NCBI GenBank assembly: GCA_049975265.1
Contig: JBNGDF010000001.1
Location: 1 to 64,000, forward strand
DNA from: Fidelibacterota bacterium
GTDB lineage: Bacteria > Fidelibacterota > UBA2242
Direction: 5' to 3'
DNA length: 64,000 bases
Shown here one piece after another: positions 10,313 through 19,955 of the stretch (positions are counted from its first letter, which is position 1; every line of letters begins with the position of its first letter). Under the pieces are notes generated by a model, which searched no databases, had not been told where the DNA came from, and saw nothing but the letters and a program-made list of their open reading frames with translations. Made by a program: the position numbers and the translations under genes.

Positions 10313-11047
10313 ATGACACTGGTAAAGACAGAGGCGCTCATTTTACGATCAATCCCCTTTCAGGAAAGCAGCTTCATTGTGCGCATGTTTACCCGCGAAC
10401 AGGGTAAAATCGCCGTGATCGCCAAAGGCGCACGCCGCTTGAAAAGCGGCTTCCGGGGTCTGCTGGAACCACTGAATTATATCGATGCCATTTACTATTA
10501 TAAAAGCACCCGGGACATTCAAACCCTCAGTAAAACAGACCTGCTCCGCTCATTCCTTGCGACAGCCGGAGATATGGAAAGCACCATACTGGGTATGGCA
10601 TTGCTGGAGCTCATCGATAAAATTGTCCACGATCACCAGCACGACAGCGAAATTTTCGACAGTGCCGTGGCGCATCTCAAAACCATGGACAAGACGCCTC
10701 AAATCAGCCAAATCGTTTTTATGTGTTTCCTGCTGGAGCTCATCGACATTTTGGGCTATCGGTTCAATGCTAAAATGTGTCACCGCTGTCGGACTGAACT
10801 GGACGATGCCGTTTATCACCCCGGCAGTGCCGAACTGTTATGTCGTGAGTGCGGTCACAATATTTCCACCGAATACCGCCTGAGCAAAAGCGAGGTCGCT
10901 TTTCTGGCTAATCCGCAGGCAGAGGCGCTCTACCCCCATATTGATCAGAAAAAACTGCTGCGCACTCTTCTCCACTACCTCTCCTATCATATCGATGAAG
11001 CGCTCAATCTGAAAACGCTGCGGATACTACCCTCAATTCAAACATAG
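10313..11047 (+). CDS. recO: DNA repair protein RecO
   Basis: KTEALILRS...FTREQGKIAVIAKGAR N-terminus; CHRC...CREC zinc finger. Confidence 0.92.
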   Translation: MTLVKTEALILRSIPFQESSFIVRMFTREQGKIAVIAKGARRLKSGFRGLLEPLNYIDAIYYYKSTRDIQTLSKTDLLRSFLATAGDMESTILGMALLELIDKIVHDHQHDSEIFDSAVAHLKTMDKTPQISQIVFMCFLLELIDILGYRFNAKMCHRCRTELDDAVYHPGSAELLCRECGHNISTEYRLSKSEVAFLANPQAEALYPHIDQKKLLRTLLHYLSYHIDEALNLKTLRILPSIQT

Positions 11048-11054
11048 GACGATC

Positions 11055-11933
11055 ATGTATCGCAACTACTATCAATACCGCCCCGGTTTTCATTCGCAAT
11101 ACATCCGCCCGCGAATGTTCGGCGGCGCGGTCAAAACCATTATTATTGCCAATGTAAGCGTATTTCTGTTCATGCTGCTTTTCAGACTGGAGGGATTTTT
11201 TGCCTATTACCTCGGACTGGTTCCGCAGTTTGTCTGGAGCCGGGGCTTTGTCTGGCAGCTGGTAACCTATATGTTTATCCACGGTGGTTTTGGTCACCTC
11301 TTCATCAACATGTTCATTCTCTGGATGTTCGGTTCGGAAATCGAATCCACCTGGGGACACCGGGAATTTTACAAATTTTATTTCATCAGTGGAATCGGCT
11401 CGGGGCTGATCACGCTGCTGTTTAGTATCAATTCCACAATCCCGGTAGTGGGTGCCAGCGGTGCTATTTACGCCCTGCTGGTCGCCTTTGCCGTCATGTA
11501 CCCCAACCGCCTGATTTTTCTCTATTTTCTAATTCCCATCAAGGCAAAATATCTGGTGCTGATCATGGGGGTGTTCACCTTTTTTTCATCTTTTTCGCAG
11601 GGCGCTGGCGGGATCAGTCACCTGACCCATCTCGGCGGACTCCTGATCGGTTATATCTATTTGAAACGCCACAATCTATTTTCATCTATCCACTTTCAGA
11701 TGCCCCGAATCCGATTTAAGAATCCCTTTAAACATCCGTCTCACAAACAGCGCAATAAATCTCCGCACAGCAATCACCCGCTGCAGGGTTCCGAGCAAAC
11801 CATGCGCGAAGAGCTCGACCGCCTGCTGGATAAAATCAACCGTTCCGGTTATGACAGTCTCGACGAAACGGAACGTCAAAATCTGGTACTGATCGGGAAA
11901 TATTTCGCTGACAAGGACAAACAGAAAAACTGA
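11055..11933 (+). CDS. Rhomboid family intramembrane serine protease with C-terminal soluble extension
   Basis: HGGFGHLFINM, catalytic GASG and HLGG; tail ELDRLLDKINRSGYDSL. Confidence 0.9.
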   Translation: MYRNYYQYRPGFHSQYIRPRMFGGAVKTIIIANVSVFLFMLLFRLEGFFAYYLGLVPQFVWSRGFVWQLVTYMFIHGGFGHLFINMFILWMFGSEIESTWGHREFYKFYFISGIGSGLITLLFSINSTIPVVGASGAIYALLVAFAVMYPNRLIFLYFLIPIKAKYLVLIMGVFTFFSSFSQGAGGISHLTHLGGLLIGYIYLKRHNLFSSIHFQMPRIRFKNPFKHPSHKQRNKSPHSNHPLQGSEQTMREELDRLLDKINRSGYDSLDETERQNLVLIGKYFADKDKQKN

Positions 11934-12054
11934 CCAACAGCGGGTCGAATATGAAAAGCACCTGTATCAACAGAAACAAATTCTACCATACCTTCAGTAA
12001 CAGAACCGGTGCTGGAGCCGATCTCATTATGTACGAATAATTAGGAAGCGTTCT

Positions 12055-12846
12055 ATGATGACCATTATATTGCATGCCGCATTCAGCATCTGGGTTTTTA
12101 TGTCCCTGTTTTTTATTCTGGCGGTGATTAAAAAGGACAACTCCATCGTGGATGCCGGTTGGGGGTTGGGCTTTGTCATGATCACCATCATCGCTCTACT
12201 AAAGGGATCCTGGCCGGGCTTGCGCGGGATTGTCTATCTATTCGTTATCATTTGGGGACTGCGACTTTCAATTCATATTTATCTGCGCAACCGGGGTCGT
12301 GGCGAGGACTTTCGCTACGCCAAATGGCGGCAGGAGTGGGGCAGATGGCAGCTTCCGCGCAGCTATCTCCAAATCTTCATGCTGCAGGGATTGCTGATGC
12401 TCCTCATCGCCTATCCGGTGATTCTGATCTCGAGTGTACCGCGCGAACCGCTGGGGACAACCGGCATTCTGGGGATTTCTGTCTGGTTGCTGGGCTTTTA
12501 TTTCGAAGTGGTTGGGGACCTGCAGCTGCGGCGGTTTAAAAAGGACCCGGACAACAGAGGCAAAATCATCCAATCCGGTTTATGGCGCTATACCCGGCAT
12601 CCCAATTATTTCGGGGAGGTCATCATGTGGTGGGGCATTTTCCTGCTGGCGCTGCCGGTTCAATCCGGCTGGACCGCCATCATCAGCCCGCTGCTGATTA
12701 CCTATTTTCTGTTGAAGGTCTCCGGCGTCCCGATGCTCGAAAAGAAATATGCAGGCAACGTCCAGTTCGAGCTGTACAAACAGCGCACCAGCGCCTTCTT
12801 CCCCTGGTTTCCGAAAAAGCCGAAGTCAAAAGCCAATAATACTTAG
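12055..12846 (+). CDS. DUF1295 / steroid 5-alpha-reductase-like membrane protein
   Basis: GEDFRY, GDLQLRRFK, GLWRYTRHPNYFGE, SGVPMLE. Confidence 0.85.
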   Translation: MMTIILHAAFSIWVFMSLFFILAVIKKDNSIVDAGWGLGFVMITIIALLKGSWPGLRGIVYLFVIIWGLRLSIHIYLRNRGRGEDFRYAKWRQEWGRWQLPRSYLQIFMLQGLLMLLIAYPVILISSVPREPLGTTGILGISVWLLGFYFEVVGDLQLRRFKKDPDNRGKIIQSGLWRYTRHPNYFGEVIMWWGIFLLALPVQSGWTAIISPLLITYFLLKVSGVPMLEKKYAGNVQFELYKQRTSAFFPWFPKKPKSKANNT

Positions 12847-14075
12847 CAGTGTTTTTCTTTATAGGTTTTCAAAATCCCGAGAACATAATCAATATCGGCT
12901 TCCGTATGGTCGGCACAGACCTGGAAGCGGATCTCTTCGTCACCTTTAGGCACGACGGGAAAATTCAATCCGGTCGCCAATACCCCGTTATCCATCAAAT
13001 AAGCCACTAAATCCGATGTCATCGCCGTATCCCTGACCATCAATGGCACCACCGGGTGTTCACCGGGGATGGTTTCAAAGCCCAGACTGACCAAGCCCTG
13101 TTCAAATTTTCTGGTCATTCGGCGGAGATTCGTCAGCAGACTTCGTCCCGCAGGGCTATCCAATATCTCCACCGCTTTCAGCGCCGCCGCAGCTTCCGAG
13201 GCGGTAATCGGATTGGAATAGATGTACATCGGCGCAGTTTCCCGCAGGAATTCGATGATTTTCCCATCCGACACCACATAGCCGCCGTTGACGCCGAACG
13301 CCTTGCCCAGCGTACCGACGACAATATCAACCCGTGCGCCGGTATATTCCTCGGTTCCGCGACCGGTCTCACCGAAGGCGCCTACCCCGTGGGAATCGTC
13401 AATCAAAGTGATAATTCCCTCTTCAAAGCGGTCATCATATTTTTCGGAAATCTCCACCAACTTTTTCAGCGGGGCATGATCGCCACGCATACTGAAAATT
13501 CCATCGGTGACCACCAGCGCCCGACGCCCGTTGCCGATATTCTCCGTCACCTTTTTTTCAAAATCCGCCATATCATTGTGCCGGTAAATGGCTTTCGCCG
13601 CCGGTCGGGAGAGGCGCATCGCCTGAATGATGCAGTTGTGATTCAGTTCATCACTGATCAGGACGGTCTCCGGAGTGGTCAGCGGCACAATCACGCCCAT
13701 ACTGGTTACGTATGCAGAGCTGAACAGCATTGCAGCTTCCCGGTTATGAAATTCCGCCAGCCGGTGCTCCAGATCAATATGCGGTTGCACCGTTCCGCTG
13801 ATGAAGCGCACGGCGCCCGGACCGACACCGTATTTCCGGGCGGTCGCCTCCTCAGCGGCAATCAGCTCCTCCCGCAATGACATGCCCAGATAGGAATTGG
13901 AATTCATTTTGATAAACTCTTTATCCTCCGAACCGCTGAGATAGTAACGCGGTCCATAATGCCCGGAGGCTCGCTTGACGCCGGTCACCACTTTTTCGGC
14001 GCCCTTGGCACGACCACTCTCTCTGAGCTCCTCCAGCTGCTTCGAGATCTTTTTCATGACACGTTTCAAAGACAT
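12843..14075 (-). CDS. kbl: PLP-dependent alpha-oxoamine synthase, most likely 2-amino-3-ketobutyrate CoA ligase
   Basis: NSYLG, GAVRFISGT, DELNHNCII, DDSHGVG, GTLGKAFG; in an operon with threonine dehydrogenase. Confidence 0.8.
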   Translation of the reverse strand: MSLKRVMKKISKQLEELRESGRAKGAEKVVTGVKRASGHYGPRYYLSGSEDKEFIKMNSNSYLGMSLREELIAAEEATARKYGVGPGAVRFISGTVQPHIDLEHRLAEFHNREAAMLFSSAYVTSMGVIVPLTTPETVLISDELNHNCIIQAMRLSRPAAKAIYRHNDMADFEKKVTENIGNGRRALVVTDGIFSMRGDHAPLKKLVEISEKYDDRFEEGIITLIDDSHGVGAFGETGRGTEEYTGARVDIVVGTLGKAFGVNGGYVVSDGKIIEFLRETAPMYIYSNPITASEAAAALKAVEILDSPAGRSLLTNLRRMTRKFEQGLVSLGFETIPGEHPVVPLMVRDTAMTSDLVAYLMDNGVLATGLNFPVVPKGDEEIRFQVCADHTEADIDYVLGILKTYKEKHC

Positions 14076-14087
14076 GGCTTCTCCCTG

Positions 14088-14468
14088 TTATTTTGATTCA
14101 ATGATGACAACCGCGCCGGCGAGCTCCCGCAGGTGAGAAAGAGAGACATGAATCCCGCCGAATTGGTTCCGCCGGGCAAAATCTCCCGCTTTCCCGGATA
14201 ATCGGATTATCGGCTTACCCAAGTCATCATTCAGAATCGTAATTTCCCCAAATGCCAGTCCGCCGCGATAACCGGTACCGATAGCCTTGAAAAACGCCTC
14301 TTTGGCGGCAAAGCGCGCCGCATAATGCTGCGCTTTATTGACCCCACAGGATTCACAATATTCGATTTCCGCGGAGCTGAACATTTTCTCCTTAAAACGG
14401 CTGTCGCCGTCCACCTGCTTCGCAATCCGGGCAACTTCAATCAGATCAAATCCGATCCCGATAATCAT
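14088..14468 (-). CDS. acpS: Holo-[acyl-carrier-protein] synthase
   Basis: GIGFDLIEV, AARFAAKEAFFKAIGTG, GKP, HVSLSH. ATG at 14468 overlaps the tdh stop (ATGA). Confidence 0.93.
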   Translation of the reverse strand: MIIGIGFDLIEVARIAKQVDGDSRFKEKMFSSAEIEYCESCGVNKAQHYAARFAAKEAFFKAIGTGYRGGLAFGEITILNDDLGKPIIRLSGKAGDFARRNQFGGIHVSLSHLRELAGAVVIIESK

Positions 14469-15409
14469 ACCGCTAATTTCTCTTTCAGATGGTTCAACAT
14501 ATCGGCGGTCATCTTTGCAAGATTGTATTCCGGTTGCCAGCCCCACTCCTCACGGGCAGCGGAATCGTCAATGGAGTCGGGCCAGGAATCGGCAATCGCC
14601 TGTCGCACCGGATCGATTTCATAACGAATTCTGAAATCCGATATATGCTTCCGAATCGCAGCCGCCAGCATTTCCGGATCGATACTCATCGCAGTTACAT
14701 TGAAGGCATTACGATGGTTCAGCCTGGTGGGATCGGCTTCCATGAGTTGAATGGCTCCTTTAACCGCATCGGGCATATACATCATATCCAGACATGTGCC
14801 GGCTTTCAAAAAGCAGGTGTACTGCTTTTCCTGAACCGCCTTATAGTAAATATCCACCGCATAATCGGTGGTGCCACCGCCGGGCAGCGTTTTATAGGAG
14901 ATGATTCCGGGATAACGCAACCCGCGGGTGTCTACATTATACCTGCTAAAATAATAGTCGCAGAGCAGCTCCCCGGCGACCTTAGTGACGCCGTACATCG
15001 TTGTCGGGCGCTGGATCGTATCCTGGGGTGTGGCAACAGAAGGGGTGCCCTGTCCGAAAGCACCGATACTGCTGGGCGTAAACACGGCACAGCCGAATTC
15101 CCGGGCGACCTCCAAAACGTTGTACAAACCGTTGATGTTCACCCGCCAGGCTTGCTGCGGCTTCGTCTCCGCCACCGCCGACAACAGCGCCGCCAGGTGG
15201 TAAATCGTACCGATTTTATGACGGCTGACAATTTCCGCCAGCCGTTGCGGATCGGTCACATCCAGCAATGCCCACTGGCAATCGCAATCCCTGCCGTCTT
15301 CCCGGATATCCGTAGCCAGGACATTTCCTGCACCGTAGCGTTCGATCAGAGCCGTCGTCAGTTCAGACCCTATCTGTCCCAATGCGCCGGTTACCAATAT
15401 TTTTCTCAT
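14465..15409 (-). CDS. tdh: L-threonine 3-dehydrogenase (SDR/epimerase type)
   Basis: GALGQIG, HLAALLSA, PSSIGAFG, YGVTK, PGGGTTDYAV, RQAIADSWP. Confidence 0.88.
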   Translation of the reverse strand: MRKILVTGALGQIGSELTTALIERYGAGNVLATDIREDGRDCDCQWALLDVTDPQRLAEIVSRHKIGTIYHLAALLSAVAETKPQQAWRVNINGLYNVLEVAREFGCAVFTPSSIGAFGQGTPSVATPQDTIQRPTTMYGVTKVAGELLCDYYFSRYNVDTRGLRYPGIISYKTLPGGGTTDYAVDIYYKAVQEKQYTCFLKAGTCLDMMYMPDAVKGAIQLMEADPTRLNHRNAFNVTAMSIDPEMLAAAIRKHISDFRIRYEIDPVRQAIADSWPDSIDDSAAREEWGWQPEYNLAKMTADMLNHLKEKLAV

Positions 15410-15631
15410 GAATTTCCTTACTTACACCCTATTTTTCCAGTTCTGAGAATTCAACTGTCGCGATCATTCCGTTTTTCTGATATATTTACCAAGACAAATC
15501 CCCATTAAAAATTCTCCGCTTCAAGATAGTACAAAAATTACGCCATTTAACACAATTATTTCACTGAATTTCTTTGAATCCAGCTCATCCGCTTCTATCT
15601 TTAGCACTGGTGTAACCAAAAGGAACGAGCA

Positions 15632-16825
15632 TTGTCAGTCATCTGGTTCAGCTTCCTTCTTGCCATCACGCTTCTGTTGATCATCGGTCGGAAAAGCATC
15701 TGGCTGGGACTGATGATTTCAGCCGTTACGCTGGGCATCCTGAATATGCCCCTTGCGGAGGTTTTGCAGATTATCGTCGGAACAATCGCCGATCCGCCGA
15801 TTTTCCTACTGGCTCTGGCGGTGGGGATTATGCCCATTATCGGCGGCGCCCTGTGTGATTCCGGGTTGATCCGGGAACTCATCGGATCACTGAACATCCG
15901 CAGTAAAACATTTCTGTGTATTGCACCGGCTTTCATGGGTATGCTCACCATGCCGGGCGGCGCCCTGCTCTCGGCACCGGTAATCGCCAATGTCGGAACC
16001 GGCGCCACCAAAGCCGACTACGCCGCTGTCAACGTCTGGTTTCGGCACATTCTGGTGCTGATCTATCCACTTGCCGGTCTGCTGGCAACGACAAAAATGG
16101 CGGGGCTCGAACTGTACACCGAGGTGCTCTATCTGCTCCCGGCATTTTTACTGCTGACACTGCTGGGCTATCTTTTCCTGCTGAAACCCATTCAGGACTC
16201 CAGTAGCCTCGGAGGACAACACAATTTAAGAAAAATCCTCCAGCCCGTTGTGGCTGTCATGGTTGCTCCCTCCGTCCACCTGATTGGCAAACTCACTTTC
16301 CTGCAGGTTATCGAAGAGATTCCCCTGCTGATCGGGGTTTTCCTCTCTCTCATTCTGACATTTTATTTTGGCAATCTACCGGTCAAAGCGTTGTTTCCGC
16401 TCATACGCCGGATGCGACCCTGGCGCTTTTTCCTGTTGGTCATGGGAATGTTTATTTTTCTAAATGTGTTCAGGTCCACCGAGGCTTCGGCGGCTATCGC
16501 CGCTATTGCGGTTAATAAAACCTTTCTGTTAGTGGGAATCGGACTATTTCTGGGCTTTGTGACCGGACGGGTCCAGGTGCCGGTCTCGATTCTGCTGCCG
16601 ATTTACTATGCCCGTTTTGGCAGTAATACAATGTCACCACTGATATTTGCCGTCATGTATTTTGCCGTATTTATCGGGTACCTCGTTTCTCCGATACATC
16701 CCTGTGTAGCGGTGACGCTGGAGTATTTTAAAACAAATATAAAGGAATATTACCAGAAGGTTGCGCTGCCAGCATTGCTTGCCATATTGACGGTAACCAT
16801 CTTTTCACTGCTTTTCCTGGAATAA
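15632..16825 (+). CDS. DUF401-like polytopic membrane protein (putative transporter)
   Basis: GMLTMPGGALLSAP, NVWFRH and SPIHPC motifs; many hydrophobic helices. Confidence 0.7.
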   Translation: MSVIWFSFLLAITLLLIIGRKSIWLGLMISAVTLGILNMPLAEVLQIIVGTIADPPIFLLALAVGIMPIIGGALCDSGLIRELIGSLNIRSKTFLCIAPAFMGMLTMPGGALLSAPVIANVGTGATKADYAAVNVWFRHILVLIYPLAGLLATTKMAGLELYTEVLYLLPAFLLLTLLGYLFLLKPIQDSSSLGGQHNLRKILQPVVAVMVAPSVHLIGKLTFLQVIEEIPLLIGVFLSLILTFYFGNLPVKALFPLIRRMRPWRFFLLVMGMFIFLNVFRSTEASAAIAAIAVNKTFLLVGIGLFLGFVTGRVQVPVSILLPIYYARFGSNTMSPLIFAVMYFAVFIGYLVSPIHPCVAVTLEYFKTNIKEYYQKVALPALLAILTVTIFSLLFLE

Positions 16826-16904
16826 AGACCGCCTCATGCAATCTCACTGAGAATATGAATAATCCAAAAAACTGATTAAGCCGATCAAAACCTACAATTG
16901 TTTG

Positions 16905-18494
16905 CTATTTCAGCGGTTCCCACTCGCCGATGGTTTCGATTTCTACTCTGGTCTGCGGATCGGTGGTCCAGAATTCGTTGGCATTATAGGTCCAGCCCAT
17001 GGTTTCCGAGCCGCCGCCACTCTCAGTGGTAATTAAAAAGCGATTCGCCAGATGACCGAAGTAATTAGCCTGATCCCGGGGTAGTTCATTATCGCCGCCA
17101 CTTGGGTCCACCGGTATCCAGCCGTAGTTGGGCAGATAGACCTCCGCCCAGCGATGAAAAACATTATCCAGGCTGGCGTCATCCCCGCGCACAACGACCG
17201 ATCCTACATAGCGCGCCGGCAGCCCGGCAGCCCGGCACATGGCGATATAGACGAAACTGTATTCCGAACAGGAACCGTTGCCCCGTGCCAGAACCGTCGG
17301 CGCCGTATTCCAGCCGCCCACCATCTCATAGTACATGTTGTCAATCAGATAGTTGTAGATTTTCCGGGCAATCCAATAGGGATTCCGCTCATCACCAAGA
17401 CACTGACGCAGCGCCTCCCGGATAACCGGATGATCGATTTGATACTTTTCGTCATCCTCAAGATATAAGGTCTGAATCTCTTTCGGAATACTCTCCAGCG
17501 AGCCGACCTTATCGGGAAAAATGAAATAGCGCGTCTCCCAGACCGTAGCATCGGTCACGGAAACGATTTCCTGGACAGCGGAGGGGTCCAGATTTTCTGT
17601 CAGGAAACAGGCGGTTTTCTGTCCCCAGCGATCGGTCTGAATTTTGGTATATTTGGGAGTATAGAGGATTTCACCATTGATCTGCTGACTGTCGCGGTTG
17701 CCGGGAATCGGCAGATGAACCTCAGCTGACCGGACCTTTCCGGGACCGAAATTCCGGATCTGGTGTGTAATGGTCACCTTCGCCCGGCGTTCATTGCTCC
17801 GAATAAATTTCTCATCATCAACGTTCAATTTATACAGCCGATCCGTCTGGTAGTCCACCGCCCAGAGAAATTTCCCGTCAAACGCCAGCCCCCGTGTGAA
17901 GGGACCCGGCGCATCGGTCATCAGAACCACACAGCCACTTTCCGGGTCAACCATATGGATTTCATCGATGATTCTGTCCGAAATCCAGAGATAGTGCCCG
18001 TCGAAACAGAGTCCGCGGGGATCACCGGCGGGGGCTTTCATTTCCCGGATCGTCGTTCCGTCGTCAGGGCTGCACTGAACAATTACATCGGAGCTGTTGT
18101 CAGCACTCCAGAGATAGCGCCCGTCCCAGGTCAGACCGCGTGGCGTTCTACAGGGAGCATCAATCGTCTTTAAAATCAGCCCTGTTTCGATATCGATCCG
18201 ATAGATTTTGCCGCTGCTGATATCCGCATTCCAGAGAGCCTGTCCGTCCCAGGCAAGCCCCATGGGCCAGTAGCCCGGTGAGTCGAGGGTCTTTAGCACC
18301 TTGCCGTTCTTGCGGTTGATGCAAAACAGCTTATCGGCTTTGCGGTCTGCCAGCCAGAGATGTTTGCCGTCGAAGGTTAATCCCGTCGGACAGGTACCGG
18401 GAATCTCAAACTCCTCAACCACTTCTCCGGTAAACGCCGGCAGATCCGCTACTATCCAAACCAAAGCAAGTAGCAAAATGAGTGTCTTTTTCAT
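16905..18494 (-). CDS. Secreted beta-propeller plus transglutaminase-like domain protein
   Basis: Signal peptide; five xxGLx(F/W)DGxxLWxxD repeats; Cys-His-Asp triad GSCSEY / FHRWAEV / WIPVDPS. Confidence 0.85.
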   Translation of the reverse strand: MKKTLILLLALVWIVADLPAFTGEVVEEFEIPGTCPTGLTFDGKHLWLADRKADKLFCINRKNGKVLKTLDSPGYWPMGLAWDGQALWNADISSGKIYRIDIETGLILKTIDAPCRTPRGLTWDGRYLWSADNSSDVIVQCSPDDGTTIREMKAPAGDPRGLCFDGHYLWISDRIIDEIHMVDPESGCVVLMTDAPGPFTRGLAFDGKFLWAVDYQTDRLYKLNVDDEKFIRSNERRAKVTITHQIRNFGPGKVRSAEVHLPIPGNRDSQQINGEILYTPKYTKIQTDRWGQKTACFLTENLDPSAVQEIVSVTDATVWETRYFIFPDKVGSLESIPKEIQTLYLEDDEKYQIDHPVIREALRQCLGDERNPYWIARKIYNYLIDNMYYEMVGGWNTAPTVLARGNGSCSEYSFVYIAMCRAAGLPARYVGSVVVRGDDASLDNVFHRWAEVYLPNYGWIPVDPSGGDNELPRDQANYFGHLANRFLITTESGGGSETMGWTYNANEFWTTDPQTRVEIETIGEWEPLK

Positions 18495-18550
18495 CTCATC
18501 ATCTCCGCTGATTTATTATCGGGTCGCATGTTTCCGTCTGAAAAATGAGC

Positions 18551-18973
18551 CTATTTCAGCAAGGCATTCAATCCCATCAAATAGGGTCCCGCGCCGCTTC
18601 CCCGGAATCGCGCCATGACCACATCCTTCAAAACCGATTGTTCAAAGGTCTCTGCGGAAAAAGGAAATTCTTCCAGACAGACCTCTACGACGGGTAACTT
18701 GATAATTCCCAGCAGCTCCCGCAGACTGGTGGCGCTTCGGGACAGCGCACCCGGACAGATTAGAACACCGGATACTTCATTGCGGTTGCGGCTGATGGTT
18801 TTCAGAATCCGGGCTTCATCGTAGAACTGGTAAATTTTCAATTCTACCCCGGCAATTTGGGCTTCGCGCCGCAGGGTCTTATTCAGCTTATCCAGCGTCA
18901 ACCGCGTCCCGGTTGCAACCGAGACCCTGCCCAGTAGCGGCAGATTGGGACCATGAATCACAAGCAGCTTCAT
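18551..18973 (-). CDS. aroQ: Type II 3-dehydroquinate dehydratase-like protein with degenerate active site
   Basis: LVIHGPNL, TL, ICPGAL, PVVEV and GxG pattern follow the AroQ fold, but the catalytic residues are substituted. Confidence 0.7.
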   Translation of the reverse strand: MKLLVIHGPNLPLLGRVSVATGTRLTLDKLNKTLRREAQIAGVELKIYQFYDEARILKTISRNRNEVSGVLICPGALSRSATSLRELLGIIKLPVVEVCLEEFPFSAETFEQSVLKDVVMARFRGSGAGPYLMGLNALLK

Positions 18974-18994
18974 GGTTTGAAAATACAAGGGATT

Positions 18995-19873
18995 TTATTC
19001 ATTTACAACCGTGCTTTTCAGACGTTTATCATCACTGAAGAAGGACCACTCCCAAACCGCGGTAAAAGGCTTTAACCAGCCCGCCTGCTGTAACGCCCAG
19101 AAGGGCGCTTCCGGGAGCATCAATTGCCGGTCTGCGACAGAAATAATCACTCTTGCACCAATCTTGTCGTATTTCACCCGGGTCGTCGCCCGGCAATCAA
19201 AACGCCAGCGCTGACCCACCGGACAGGCTTTTGCCTCCAGCTTGACCGGATTCAGCGCCAAAGCCACCCGCCGATCCCCCTGAGTGCTCTGCCAGCTGAT
19301 GGAGCGCGCCGGCAGACTGACATACGACACATCCCGACGCTGCCGTTCAAGCAAAACTGTCCAGTTTCGAAACACCCCCACTACCTTCGGAGATTTTAAT
19401 GCAAAGTCCGAATACCAGCCGTGCTGGGCACCGCCGCCTCTACATAGCCGCCAGCTTTGCCGACCATATTCCGGAAATCCCAGAAGCCGTCCGGACACTG
19501 CAATGATAATATTCGTATGGTAGACCGTCAGCTTATCGATAAACGACAGGCTGCCGGGACCGTCTGTCCGGACTTCGTGCGCCAGCCGGTTGAACCGACT
19601 CTGCACCTCCCGAACAGGCAGATCCGCAAACATTATGATCAAAATAATTATAAACAAACTAAAAATTATTCGCGTTATCGTATAGTTACGACTCTTCAGC
19701 ATAAGCGGTAAAAACACAAGCAAAAGCAGCAGTGTAATTACGATCAAAAACAGTCCGCCGATGAGCAGTGACCAGAAAAAAAACAGCAGCAGGAAAAAGG
19801 AAATAATTCCCAACAGGATCAGTAATGATAACCGTCCTGACTTGTAAACAAATGTATGGTCGTTTAAATTCAT
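18995..19873 (-). CDS. Hypothetical membrane protein (about 3 N-terminal TM helices plus soluble domain)
   Basis: 292 aa ORF with SD GGGGA and an upstream promoter-like motif; no family recognised. Confidence 0.65.
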   Translation of the reverse strand: MNLNDHTFVYKSGRLSLLILLGIISFFLLLFFFWSLLIGGLFLIVITLLLLLVFLPLMLKSRNYTITRIIFSLFIIILIIMFADLPVREVQSRFNRLAHEVRTDGPGSLSFIDKLTVYHTNIIIAVSGRLLGFPEYGRQSWRLCRGGGAQHGWYSDFALKSPKVVGVFRNWTVLLERQRRDVSYVSLPARSISWQSTQGDRRVALALNPVKLEAKACPVGQRWRFDCRATTRVKYDKIGARVIISVADRQLMLPEAPFWALQQAGWLKPFTAVWEWSFFSDDKRLKSTVVNE

Positions 19874-19904
19874 TCCCCTGCCAAATGACGTTTATCCACC
19901 GGAA

Positions 19905-19933
19905 CAAATATAAGCTTTTCTCAGCCGTGTCAA
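19905..19933 (-). promoter_or_regulatory. Promoter TTGACA-N15-TATATTTG upstream of the 19873 gene
   Basis: Minus-strand TTGACA at 19933-19928 and TATATTTG at 19912-19905. Confidence 0.55.
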
Positions 19934-19955
19934 AACAGTTTTATGGGGTGAAACA

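Noticed and set aside
11951..12040. 29-codon small ORF between the rhomboid and DUF1295 genes
   Set aside because: No convincing SD, motif or compositional signal.
12843..14075. Serine palmitoyltransferase completing the lipid cluster
   Set aside because: Operon linkage to threonine dehydrogenase favours Kbl; it cannot be assigned as SPT without phylogeny.
15410..15631. Glycine or threonine riboswitch upstream of tdh-kbl
   Set aside because: Only a short GAGAAT/ATTCTC complement is present; the conserved glycine aptamer motifs are missing.
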